Shown piece by piece: positions 41,874-50,931 of a stretch of 63,142 nt of DNA; the stretch's first letter is position 1; every line of letters begins with the position of its first letter. Position numbers and translations under genes: made by a program. A model generated the notes under the pieces. The model was not told the origin of the DNA. It saw only the letters and a list, made by a program, of their open reading frames with translations, and did no database searches. This stretch comes from Syntrophaceae bacterium. GTDB lineage: Bacteria > Desulfobacterota > Syntrophia > Syntrophales > PHBD01. Location of the stretch: NCBI GenBank assembly GCA_041310335.1, contig JBFYXW010000027.1:1-63142 (forward strand), in the 5' to 3' direction.

Positions 41874-42881
41874 TTATCCCCGCGGCGCCACCTCCCGGCT
41901 GCCGCACGAGGACCTTTCCAGGTCTCGGACCCGGGCCAGGATGGCGTGGGCCCCCTCGACGATCTCCTCCACCACCTCCGCGATGGGCTTGATCTCGCGA
42001 ATGAGACACGCCCCCATGCTGCAGGCGACGGGCACGCCGTCGGGATCCCCCTTGGCGTAGGTTTCGCGGCCCACCTGGCCGCCCACCACGGTGAGCAGCT
42101 CCATCAGCGACGCCCCCCGCGCCTCCATTTCCAGGACCCGCTCCGTCGCCCGGTTCTTGTAGCACCGGAACGGGTTCTTGAGGGAGCGCATGATGAGGGC
42201 CGTGTCCGTCTCCCCGATTTCCAGGTAGCGCCGCTTGATGGTCTCGCTCATGGTGCTCTCGCGGGTGACCACGAAGCGGGTTCCCATTAGCACACCGTCG
42301 GCGCCCATGCAAAGGGCGGATGCGAAGCCCCGGGCGTCGACGATGCCCCCCGCCGCAACGACGGGGATGTCCAGCTCGTCCACCGCCCTGGGGAGGAGGA
42401 TCGACAGGGGGACGTCGTCCATCCCGGGATGGCCGCCGCACTCGAACCCGACGATGATGATGCCGTCGACGCCGCCCGCCGCGGCCTTCTTTGCGAACCG
42501 GATCGAGGGGACCTTGTGGAAGACCCGGACCCCCCCTTCCCGGAGGACGGGCAAGAGAAACGCCGGGTCGCTCCCCGCCGTCTCCGCCGCCGCGACCCGC
42601 TCCGCCGCGGCGATCCGGGCGAAGGAGAGGGAGCGCTCCCCCTTCCCCACGTCGGGGAGCATGCTGATGTTCACGCCGAAGGGACGGTCCGTCAGGTCCC
42701 GGGTCTTCTTGATCTCCTCCCGCAGGGCCTCCGGCGAGGGGAAGGTCTCCGCCGCGAGAAACGCCATGACGCCGGCGTTAGCGGCGGCGGCGGTGAACTC
42801 CGCCGTGGACAGCAGTTGCATCCCCCCCATCATGATCGGGTGGGGAATGCCCAGCATCTCGGTCAGGCGCGTCTGGAACAT
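41874..42881 (-). CDS. NMO/FabK-like FMN-dependent oxidoreductase, third copy
   Basis: ATG 42881 (TAATG overlap with the ligase stop): MFQTRLTEMLGIPHPIMMGGM. Motifs: VGFECGGH, IPVVAAGGIVDARG, GVLMGTRF. Confidence 0.85.
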   Translation of the reverse strand: MFQTRLTEMLGIPHPIMMGGMQLLSTAEFTAAAANAGVMAFLAAETFPSPEALREEIKKTRDLTDRPFGVNISMLPDVGKGERSLSFARIAAAERVAAAETAGSDPAFLLPVLREGGVRVFHKVPSIRFAKKAAAGGVDGIIIVGFECGGHPGMDDVPLSILLPRAVDELDIPVVAAGGIVDARGFASALCMGADGVLMGTRFVVTRESTMSETIKRRYLEIGETDTALIMRSLKNPFRCYKNRATERVLEMEARGASLMELLTVVGGQVGRETYAKGDPDGVPVACSMGACLIREIKPIAEVVEEIVEGAHAILARVRDLERSSCGSREVAPRG

Positions 42882-44557
42882 TACGAACTCCTTGCGGCCT
42901 TGATGGCCATCTCCCGCAATTCCCGCCGGAGGATCTTTCCCACGGCGGACTTGGGCAGGCTCTCCACGATTTCGTAGATTTTGGGGACCTTGTAGGCCGC
43001 CAGGTGCTTCCGGCAGAATGCATCGAGCTCCGCGGACGTGATCACCTCGCCCGGGCGGGGCACGACGCAGGCCTTCACCGTCTCTCCCCTGTACTCGTGG
43101 GGGAGCCCGATCGTGCAGGCCTCCAGCACCTTGGGGTGCCGGTACAGGACCTCGTCGATGTCCCGCGGGTAGATGTTGTATCCCCCCGCGATGATCATGT
43201 CCTTCTTGCGGTCGACGATGTAGAGGAACCCGTCCTCGTCCATCCGCCCGATGTCCCCGGTGCAGAACCAGCCGTCCCGGACCGCCTGGGCCGTCTCCTC
43301 GGGCATGCCGTAGTACCCGAGGCACTGCTGGGGCCCCCGGAAGAGGATTTCCCCCGGCTCGCCCACGGGCATGTCGACGGTCCCCGTTTCCAGGTCGACG
43401 ATGCGGATGTCCGTGTTGGGGAGGGGCACCCCGACGCTCCCCGGCTTCAGTTTGCCTCGCCAGGGGGTCATGTGGGTGATGGAGGTGGATTCGGTCATCC
43501 CGTACCCCTCCACGATGGAGGCCCCCGTGGCCTCCTGCAAGGCCTCGATGGTTTCCACGGACAGCGGGGCCGCCCCCGAGAAGAACCCCTTGATGAAGGA
43601 CAGGTCCGCCTTCTTGAACTCTGGCATAGCCATGACGCCCACGTAGATCGTCGGGACCGCCAGGAAGATGGACGGCCGGTATTTCAGCGTCATCTCCATC
43701 ACCGCCTGCGGCTCCGGCCGCGGCACCAGGATGGCCGTCCATCCCTTGTAGATGGAGAGGTTCATGACCAGGTTGAAACCCGCCATGTGGAAGAAGGGAA
43801 AGATGGCCAGCTCGCTGTCCGCCCCGTCCGGGAGGTCGAAGAACCAGGCCCCCAGGATCTGGTTGATGCAGGAGATGTTCCGGTGGGTGATGATGGCCCC
43901 CTTGGAAACTCCCGTCGTCCCGCCGGTGTAGGGGATCAGCGCCAGGTCGTCCAGGCGCGGCGTCTCCAGGGCCTCCCCCGGAGGCGCGCTCCTCATCAGG
44001 TCCAGGAAGGCGTGGGTCCCGTCCGCTTTTTCATCGGGACGGTACATGGCTTTCTTGACGAAGGGAAACAACTGCTTCGCCGGGAACGGCAGGTAGTCGT
44101 TGATGTGGGCGGTGATGATCCTGGTGACGGACGTTTTCGCCTTCAGCGTGAGGACGCGCGGCGCCAGGAGATCCAGGGTGATGACGGCCGTCGCCCCGGA
44201 GAGGTCGGCCTGGTGGCGGATCTCCTCGTCCGTGTAGAGGGGGTTGCAGGGAACCGGGACGGCCCCGGCCCGCCAGAGGCCGTAGTAGGCGATGACGATC
44301 TGGGGGACGTTGGGCAGGAGCAGCAGCACCCGGTCCCCCCGCTTCACGCCGATGCTCTTCAGGGCCCGGGCGAAGGTCGACGCCAGCCCGTCGAGCTCGG
44401 CGAAGGAGATCCTCTTCCCCATGAACACGAGGGCGTCCCTCCGGGGAAAGCGCCGGGCCGTCCGGGCGAGGTATTCCGGCATCGTCACATCTTCGAAGGC
44501 CACCTCCCGGGGGACGCCGGGCATGTATTCCCTGTGCCACAGACGCTCTTCCATCAC
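42881..44557 (-). CDS. Long-chain-type (FadD-like) acyl-CoA ligase
   Basis: WHREYMPGVPREVAFEDVTMPEYL, IPYTGGTTGVSKGA, GYGMTESTS, TGDIGRMDEDGFLYIVDR, GKILRRELR. The start is GTG 44557 or ATG 44554. Confidence 0.9.
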   Translation of the reverse strand: MMEERLWHREYMPGVPREVAFEDVTMPEYLARTARRFPRRDALVFMGKRISFAELDGLASTFARALKSIGVKRGDRVLLLLPNVPQIVIAYYGLWRAGAVPVPCNPLYTDEEIRHQADLSGATAVITLDLLAPRVLTLKAKTSVTRIITAHINDYLPFPAKQLFPFVKKAMYRPDEKADGTHAFLDLMRSAPPGEALETPRLDDLALIPYTGGTTGVSKGAIITHRNISCINQILGAWFFDLPDGADSELAIFPFFHMAGFNLVMNLSIYKGWTAILVPRPEPQAVMEMTLKYRPSIFLAVPTIYVGVMAMPEFKKADLSFIKGFFSGAAPLSVETIEALQEATGASIVEGYGMTESTSITHMTPWRGKLKPGSVGVPLPNTDIRIVDLETGTVDMPVGEPGEILFRGPQQCLGYYGMPEETAQAVRDGWFCTGDIGRMDEDGFLYIVDRKKDMIIAGGYNIYPRDIDEVLYRHPKVLEACTIGLPHEYRGETVKACVVPRPGEVITSAELDAFCRKHLAAYKVPKIYEIVESLPKSAVGKILRRELREMAIKAARSS

Positions 44558-44593
44558 TGCAATACCCCCTCTCGCAAGGGTGGGGCGAGGGTC

Positions 44594-46276
44594 TCAGGCG
44601 GACGAGGACGATTCGCTCTGCCGCCTCTTCTCCATATCCCGGAGCTCCCGCCGGAGGATCTTGCCCACGGCGCTCTTCGGAAGGTCATCCATGAATTCGA
44701 TTCTCTTGGGAACCTTGTATGCGCTCAGCTTCTCCCGGCAGAAATCGAAAATCTCCGCCGCCGTCAGGGATTCGCCGGACCGGACAACGACGAAGGCCTT
44801 GACGGTCTCGCCCCGGTAGGAGTCGGGGACGCCGATGGTGCAGGCTTCCAGGATCTTGGGGTGCGAGAAGAGGACCTCGTCGATCTCCTTGGGATAGATG
44901 TTGAAGCCCCCGGCGATGATGACGTCCTTCTTGCGATCCACGATCTGCAAGTACCCGTCCTCGTCCATCACGCCGATGTCGCCCGTGTAGATCCACCCGT
45001 CCCGGATGATCTCCGCCGTCTCCTCGGGCTTCCGGTAGTACCCCGTCATGACCTGGGGACCCCGGAAGCAGATCTCCCCGGCTTCCCCGGGAGGCACCTC
45101 GGTTTCCCCCGTCTCGGCGTCCACGATCTTCATGTCCGTGCTGGGCACCGGTATGCCTACCGTGCCTGGCTTGATGCGCCCCCGCCACGGCGTCGCCGTC
45201 ACGACGGGACTCGTCTCCGTCATCCCGTAGATCTCGAGCATCACCGATCCCGTGGCGGCCTGAAGCTGCCGGATGACCTCCTCCGGCAGCGGCGCCGCCC
45301 CGGAAAAGAATCCCTTGATGAACGACAGGTCCATCTTCCGGAATTTCTCGAGAGCCAGGAGTCCCACGTAGGTGGTGGGCACGGCGCCGATGTAGTTCGG
45401 CTTGCCGCTGGCGATGGTATCGACCAGGAGAGCCGGCTCCGGTTTCGGGATGAGGACGTCCCTCAGGCCCATCCAGATGGCCAGGTGCATGCAGAGGTGT
45501 CCCGCCGAGTGGAAGAAGGGAAAGATGAACAGCAGGCGCTCGCCGAAAGGCACGTCGTGAATGTGCGCCGACAGCTGCTGGACGTTGGAGGACAGGTTGG
45601 CGTGGCTGAGCACGACGCCCTTGCTGACCCCCGTCGTTCCGCCCGTGTAGATCAGGACGGCGGTGTCCTCCCAGCCCGCCGTGTTTTCGAGGGGGTGCGC
45701 CGGGAACCGGCGGAGGAGTTCCAGGAACTCATAGACCTGCGCCTGGGCCGGGATCTTCCGGTACATGCCCTTCTTGACGATGGGAAAGAGCTGTTTCTTC
45801 GGAAAGGGTAGGTAATCGTTGAGGTGACAGTAGACGATCTTCTCGATACCCGTTTTATCCTTCAGGCCTGAAATCTTCGGCAGCAGAAGATCCAGCGTCA
45901 CGGCCATCTTCGATTCGGAGTCGCTGATCTGGTAGGCGAGTTCCCGGTCCGTGTAGAGCGGGTTCAGCATCACGGGAACGGCGCCGATCCGCATCGCCGC
46001 CAGGTTGGCGACGGCCGTCTGCGGCATGTTGGGCAGCAGGATCGCCACCTTGTCGCCCTTGCGGATACCCAGGGAGAACATGGCGCTGCCGAACCGGTTG
46101 ACCAGGCCGTCGAACTCGCGGAAGGAAAGGATTCTTCCCATGTAGTCGAGGGCCGCTGCGTCCGGGTTCCGTTCGGCTCGGTCCGCCAGCACCTGGGGCA
46201 TGGTGATCCGCTTGACGTCCAGTATCGGGGGCACCGCGGAGGGATAGCTCCGGTGCCAGCTTCTTTCAAAAGACAT
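44594..46276 (-). CDS. Long-chain-type (FadD-like) acyl-CoA ligase
   Basis: ATG 46276 follows GGGGAGG: MSFERSWHRSYPSAVPPILDVKRITMPQVL. Motifs: IYTGGTTGVSKG, IYGMTETSP, TGDIGVMDEDGYLQIVDR. Confidence 0.9.
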   Translation of the reverse strand: MSFERSWHRSYPSAVPPILDVKRITMPQVLADRAERNPDAAALDYMGRILSFREFDGLVNRFGSAMFSLGIRKGDKVAILLPNMPQTAVANLAAMRIGAVPVMLNPLYTDRELAYQISDSESKMAVTLDLLLPKISGLKDKTGIEKIVYCHLNDYLPFPKKQLFPIVKKGMYRKIPAQAQVYEFLELLRRFPAHPLENTAGWEDTAVLIYTGGTTGVSKGVVLSHANLSSNVQQLSAHIHDVPFGERLLFIFPFFHSAGHLCMHLAIWMGLRDVLIPKPEPALLVDTIASGKPNYIGAVPTTYVGLLALEKFRKMDLSFIKGFFSGAAPLPEEVIRQLQAATGSVMLEIYGMTETSPVVTATPWRGRIKPGTVGIPVPSTDMKIVDAETGETEVPPGEAGEICFRGPQVMTGYYRKPEETAEIIRDGWIYTGDIGVMDEDGYLQIVDRKKDVIIAGGFNIYPKEIDEVLFSHPKILEACTIGVPDSYRGETVKAFVVVRSGESLTAAEIFDFCREKLSAYKVPKRIEFMDDLPKSAVGKILRRELRDMEKRRQSESSSSA

Positions 46277-46399
46277 GATGCCTCCCCTTGAAGAAAAGGG
46301 GGGCGGGAATTCACCCCGATCCACAGTCCCGCTGCGGGCCGGCGATCCGGGATCGCCTCCCACACAGCGGGAACACGGGTCCGGTCCTTTCCGGCCCCG

Positions 46400-46876
46400 T
46401 CAGAGCACGGCGAAGTGCTTGATGTCCATCAGGTTTCCCGTGCGCCGCTCCTCGAAGACGGCCTTGACGCGGGCGCCCACCTTGACCTTCTCGGGATCGA
46501 CGCTGTCGAGGAAGTGGGTCAGGCAGGTGTCCGCCCCGTCCAGTTTCACGAACGCCCACGTGTACGGAACCGGGCGCTGGACGCCCGTGCTGGGGTCCAC
46601 GAAGCCGAACTGGACGATCGTGCAGACGTAGATCGTCCCCTCGTCCGAGAGGGGGACCATCTCGTCCATCGCCACGTAGCACTGCCCGCAGACGGGCCGG
46701 GGGGGTACGTAGACCCGTTTGCACTTGGGACAGCGGATCCCGACGATCTTCTTGTTGTCCCTCAGTTGCTGAAGAAAATAGGAGCCGTGTTTTCCCACGC
46801 TCCATTGGAAGGGCTGGCTGGTCTCACCCGAAGAAATGGAAAGGAGCTCCACGTCTTCCCTTTTTTTCTCATTCAT
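46400..46876 (-). CDS. DUF35-type Zn-ribbon + OB-fold protein (thiolase-partner family)
   Basis: ATG 46876 follows GGGAGG. CPKCKRVYVPPRPVCGQC four-Cys ribbon, then an OB-fold-like C-terminus ending KHFAVL. Confidence 0.85.
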   Translation of the reverse strand: MNEKKREDVELLSISSGETSQPFQWSVGKHGSYFLQQLRDNKKIVGIRCPKCKRVYVPPRPVCGQCYVAMDEMVPLSDEGTIYVCTIVQFGFVDPSTGVQRPVPYTWAFVKLDGADTCLTHFLDSVDPEKVKVGARVKAVFEERRTGNLMDIKHFAVL

Positions 46877-46910
46877 GACTGCCTCCCGACATGAGGATAA
46901 TCGCTTTTGA

Positions 46911-48107
46911 TTACGATGGCTTCTTCTTACCCAGCAGCATGACGTCACCCCAGTAGCAGCCGCCGAATCCCGTGGCTAAGGCCAGATTGACGTCCCCGCC
47001 CTTCACTTGGCGGGTCCCCGCCCGGCCCATGACCTGCAGCGCCGCCTCCCCTACCCGGATCAGGGCCGTCGCCCCGATGGCGTTGGAGGACATGACGCCG
47101 CCGGACGGGTTGACCGGCAGTTCGCCGTCCATGTCGGTGACCCCGTCCCACAGGAGCCGGGGGCCTTCCCCGTAGGCGCAGAAGCCGATGTCTTCGATCC
47201 ACTTCAGCCCCGCGTAGGAGTAAGGAAGATAGAGCTCGCAGACGTCGATCTCCTTCAGGGGCTCCTTGATCCCGGCCTTCTTGAACACCTTCTTCGAGGC
47301 CTCGGCGATGGTGGTGTTGCGGTCCATGTTCACGTCGCCGGCATAGACGAAATTGTGGCTGTTGGCCGTCGCGTGCACCCACGCCGGGACGGGGGCGATC
47401 TTCTCCGCCGTGCCCTCCGCCGCGAAGATGACCGCGGCGGCCCCGTCGGTGCGGGGACACATGTCGCTCATCCGGAGCGGGTAGGCGAGCATGGCGTTCT
47501 GCTCCGATCCGACGAGGAGGTCCACCAGCTGGTCCACGGGAATCCCCTTCATCCACTCCTGGTGGAGATGGGCGAAGGGGTTGTTCAGGGCGTGGAGGCG
47601 CTCCCGGACGGCCACCCGGGCCCCGTCGCGCTCCGTCGCCCCGTAGTTGGCCATGTACTTGCTGGCCTCGATGGCGAGCCCCGCCACGGCGCCGCCCAGG
47701 GTCGGCCGCTCCCAGACGGGGTGGAAGGCGGTGATGATGGCCCCCGTCGTGTCCGATTCGGAATTCTTTTCCCAGCCGATGGCCAGGACCCTTTTGAACA
47801 TGCCCGAGGCGACGTGATAGTAGGCGCACATGGCGACCGTCGTCCCCGTCGTTCCCCCGGTGCACACCTTGATGACCGGCTTCATCACCGCGCCGGCCCC
47901 CTCGGCGGACCACATGTCCACGTAGTTGATCCCCTCGAAGTGATCCATGTTGCCGATCACGACGGCGTCGATGTCCCGGATGGTCAGTTCCGCATCCGCA
48001 AGCGCGGTGTTCACGGCCTCGTTGATCAGCTCCACCCCGTTGACGTCCTTCCGGGAGCTGCGCTGATAGGTCTGGCCAAAACCGACAATGGCTACCCGTT
48101 TGCCCAT
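46911..48107 (-). CDS. Thiolase-fold (SCP-x/Ltp-like) protein, non-canonical active site
   Basis: MGKRVAIVGFGQT... Where the thiolase at 61986 has NYCATGT, this protein has CTGGTTGT. By hand alignment that puts Gly at the Cys position, with a Cys three residues earlier. The C-terminal GHP motif is replaced by SSNAIGAT. Confidence 0.85.
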   Translation of the reverse strand: MGKRVAIVGFGQTYQRSSRKDVNGVELINEAVNTALADAELTIRDIDAVVIGNMDHFEGINYVDMWSAEGAGAVMKPVIKVCTGGTTGTTVAMCAYYHVASGMFKRVLAIGWEKNSESDTTGAIITAFHPVWERPTLGGAVAGLAIEASKYMANYGATERDGARVAVRERLHALNNPFAHLHQEWMKGIPVDQLVDLLVGSEQNAMLAYPLRMSDMCPRTDGAAAVIFAAEGTAEKIAPVPAWVHATANSHNFVYAGDVNMDRNTTIAEASKKVFKKAGIKEPLKEIDVCELYLPYSYAGLKWIEDIGFCAYGEGPRLLWDGVTDMDGELPVNPSGGVMSSNAIGATALIRVGEAALQVMGRAGTRQVKGGDVNLALATGFGGCYWGDVMLLGKKKPS

Positions 48108-48119
48108 ATGATGTCCTCC

Positions 48120-49256
48120 TTACGCTCCCACGATAAACACGCAGTGAGCCTGTCCACAGGGACCGTTGATCCCGTGGGCGAGGGCCGTCTTTGCGCCCTT
48201 CACCTGCCTCTTTCCCGCTTCACCCCGGACCTGCAGGGTCGCCTCGACGAGCCGCACCATCCCGGCCACGAGGACCGGGTGGCTGGAAAGGACCCCCCCG
48301 GACGGATTGACCGGCAGTTCGCCCTTCATGCCCGTGGCGCCGCTCCGGATCAGTTCATATCCCTTCCCCTCGGGAGCGAACCCCAGACCCTCGTACCACA
48401 TCAGCTCCATGTAAGAGTACGCATCGTAGAGCTCCGCCACGTCCAGGTCCGAGAGGGGCTTCTGGATGCCCGCGGCCTTGTAGGCCTTCTTCGCCGCCGC
48501 CTTCAGGGCCCTGGACTTCGCGAGGTCGCGGTAGCCCAGGTTGAAGGCGTCCGCGCAGTGTGCCACGCCCTTGATCCAGACGGGATCCTTCTTGAACCGC
48601 TTCAGCCCTTTCCTGTTGGAGAGGACGATCGCCGCCGCCCCGTCGCCGATGGGGGAGCAGTCCAGGAGTTTCAGCGGTTCGGCAATCTTCCGGGAGGCCA
48701 GGACATCCCGGACGGAGACCTTCAGCGGCAACTGGGCATACGGGTTGTTCCGGGCGTTGCCGTGATTCTTGACGGAAACCCGGGCAAAATCCTCTTCCGT
48801 TGCCCCGCTCATGGCCATGTAGGACCGCGCCTGCAGGGCCGCCGCGGATGTTGCGTCGATGCCGAGTCCCCGCTGGTAGATGGGGTCGAACATGGCGTTC
48901 GTGATGAGGTTCATGATGCTCTCGGACCCCTTCATGTGGGAAACGACCAGCGTCGTGTCGAAGGATCCCGAGAGGATGCGCATCATGCCGTAGAAGGCGC
49001 CAAAGGTCCCGTCACCCTCCACCGTGGACACGTCCTTTCCCCAGGAGCCGGCGGCTTCCTGGACGGCCATGGACGAAATGGTCCGGCCGTCCCAGAAGTC
49101 GTTCGAGACGGTGACCACGTTGTCGATGTCGCCGACCTCGGCGCCGGCATCGGCCAGCGCTTTCGTCGCCGCCTCGAAAACCATCTCCTCGAAGGTGTCT
49201 TCCCTGCTCGAGGTGCAGGTTGTCTGTCCAACACCAACAATCGCGATTTTGCTCAT
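48120..49256 (-). CDS. Thiolase-fold (SCP-x/Ltp-like) protein lacking the nucleophile Cys
   Basis: ATG 49256 follows GGAGGAAAT: MSKIAIVGVGQTT. VEGDGTFG aligns to NYCATGTE, placing Glu at the Cys position. It retains NPSGGVLSSHP. Confidence 0.85.
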   Translation of the reverse strand: MSKIAIVGVGQTTCTSSREDTFEEMVFEAATKALADAGAEVGDIDNVVTVSNDFWDGRTISSMAVQEAAGSWGKDVSTVEGDGTFGAFYGMMRILSGSFDTTLVVSHMKGSESIMNLITNAMFDPIYQRGLGIDATSAAALQARSYMAMSGATEEDFARVSVKNHGNARNNPYAQLPLKVSVRDVLASRKIAEPLKLLDCSPIGDGAAAIVLSNRKGLKRFKKDPVWIKGVAHCADAFNLGYRDLAKSRALKAAAKKAYKAAGIQKPLSDLDVAELYDAYSYMELMWYEGLGFAPEGKGYELIRSGATGMKGELPVNPSGGVLSSHPVLVAGMVRLVEATLQVRGEAGKRQVKGAKTALAHGINGPCGQAHCVFIVGA

Positions 49257-49273
49257 ATTTCCTCCATCGCTCC

Positions 49274-49732
49274 CTATACCGGCGCAAAGTGTTTGATGTC
49301 GGCGATCGTACCGGTGCGCTCCTTGGCGAAGACCGCCTGGACCTTCATGCCCACTTTCAGTTTCTTGAAGTCCGTATCGCCGATCAGGTGAAGAAGGGCG
49401 CCGTCCGCACCGTCCAGCCGGATGAGTCCGTACGCCAGCGGGGCCTTCCGGGGCTGCATGTCGTGGCTGTAGTGGACGATGGTGAAGGACTCCAGGACCC
49501 CCGTGTCGCTCACCCGGACCCACTCGTCCGTGGGGACGAAGCACTCCCCGCAGCTCTTGACGGGGGGGACGTAAACCCGGCCGCACCCGGGGCATCGGTT
49601 GCCCCAGATTTCCTTCCGGTCCCGGATTCCCGTGAGAAAGCGGCTTCCGGTCATTCCGGCGTTCCAAAGGTAGGGAACCTTGATGCGCCCGGAATAGATC
49701 ATGTTTTTCACGTTGTCTTTCCAGTTGGTCAT
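49274..49732 (-). CDS. DUF35-type Zn-ribbon + OB-fold protein, second copy
   Basis: ATG 49732 follows GGGAGG: MTNWKDNV... CPGCGRVYVPPVKSCGEC ribbon; the C-terminus ends KHFAPV like the copy at 46400. Confidence 0.85.
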   Translation of the reverse strand: MTNWKDNVKNMIYSGRIKVPYLWNAGMTGSRFLTGIRDRKEIWGNRCPGCGRVYVPPVKSCGECFVPTDEWVRVSDTGVLESFTIVHYSHDMQPRKAPLAYGLIRLDGADGALLHLIGDTDFKKLKVGMKVQAVFAKERTGTIADIKHFAPV

Positions 49733-49861
49733 GCGCAAACCTCCCTTGTGCGGCCGGGAGGGGCCCTTGTGAACCCGCCCGGCCGCCTGAACCACAAAGT
49801 TTGTTGGGGCTGATCGACCCGATTGACCGGATTTCCCGGGAAGCCCGGAGGCTTCGGGCCC

Positions 49862-50827
49862 TTACTTCTTCTGGGGAAGGCCGAGCATTTCCCGTGCCTG
49901 GGCGACCGTCGCCACCTCGCGGTTCATGATCTCGGCCATCTGCTTGACCCGCTTCACGTACTCGGCGTTGCTCTTCACCTTCTGACCCTTCTTGAAATAC
50001 AGGTTGTCCTCCATGCCGACGCGGACGTGGCCGCCCATGATGATCCCCATGGCGTTCATGGGGATCTGGAACGTCCCCACGCCGATGACGGCGAACATGG
50101 AGTTGGGGGGCATCTCGTTGATGAAGGACAGCACGTTGGCGGGGGTCGGGAACGAAGATGTCTGGAAGCCCATGACGAACTGGATCATGTACGGGGGATC
50201 GATGCTGCCCTCCCGGATCAAATCCTGGAGCACCCAGTACTGGCCCTGGTGATAGATTTCCACCTCCGGCTTGATCCCCCTCTCCTTCATCGTCTTGGCG
50301 TAGAGGTTGACGTCGCTGTAGGACGCGGGGATGCAGGCGTCGAACACGAAGCCGGGCCGCGGATTGGCGATGGGCTCCTTGCGGTCCTTCAGGGGCATCT
50401 TCAGCATGAAGGGCCCCAGGTTCAGGCTCGCCATGTCCGGGGGCACCTCGGCAAAGAGGCAGCACATCCGCTGCTCCGTCGTCAGCCAGGGGCCGCCGCC
50501 GGTGGTGTTGTTGATGATGATGTCGGGACAGCGCTCGCGGATCAGCTTGTTGATCCGGGAATAGTCCTCGGCGTTCGACGACGTCAGCGACAGGTTTTCC
50601 GGCACCCGGGCGTGGATGTGCACGGAAACGGCACCGGCCTTGTAGGCCTCGTAGACCTGGTCCGCCTGCTCTTCCGCCGTCTCGGGCAGGTTCTCGTTGT
50701 ACTCCTTGCCCTGCACGCCCCCGGTGATGGCACAGGTGATCATCATCGGCGGGAACTTCCCCGTCATGTTCCGGGTCATCCACTCGTACGGATTGCGAAA
50801 ATCCCAGATGTAATCCTCCTTCTTCAT
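49862..50827 (-). CDS. BKACE-family enzyme (3-keto-5-aminohexanoate cleavage enzyme-like, DUF849)
   Basis: ATG 50827 follows CGGAGG. PMMITCAITGG, SVHIHAR (HxH Zn motif), HVRVGMEDNLY. Confidence 0.85.
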   Translation of the reverse strand: MKKEDYIWDFRNPYEWMTRNMTGKFPPMMITCAITGGVQGKEYNENLPETAEEQADQVYEAYKAGAVSVHIHARVPENLSLTSSNAEDYSRINKLIRERCPDIIINNTTGGGPWLTTEQRMCCLFAEVPPDMASLNLGPFMLKMPLKDRKEPIANPRPGFVFDACIPASYSDVNLYAKTMKERGIKPEVEIYHQGQYWVLQDLIREGSIDPPYMIQFVMGFQTSSFPTPANVLSFINEMPPNSMFAVIGVGTFQIPMNAMGIIMGGHVRVGMEDNLYFKKGQKVKSNAEYVKRVKQMAEIMNREVATVAQAREMLGLPQKK

Positions 50828-50915
50828 AAGGCACCTCCGATGTTTGGATTGTTTGGAGCACACTCCGGCGGCTGCGTCCCGGAGCATTGCGGGAACCCAC
50901 CCTGGAGGGATCAAC

Positions 50916-50931
50916 AGCAAGGGACATGCCG
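50916..50931 (-). promoter_or_regulatory. Sigma54 (-24/-12) promoter for the operon starting with the BKACE gene
   Basis: The minus strand reads CGGCATGTCCCTTGCT, compared with the consensus TGGCACG-N4-TTGCW. It differs from the element at 36098-36113 at two of 16 positions (the first base and one base of the N4 spacer). It lies about 90 nt upstream of ATG 50827. Confidence 0.6.

Noticed and set aside
46284-46301. 6-bp hairpin CCCCTT-N6-AAGGGG overlapping the SD of the ligase at 46276.
   Set aside because: The stem is short and has many alternatives in GC-rich sequence. I cannot estimate its stability without computation, so it is mentioned only within the palindrome finding.
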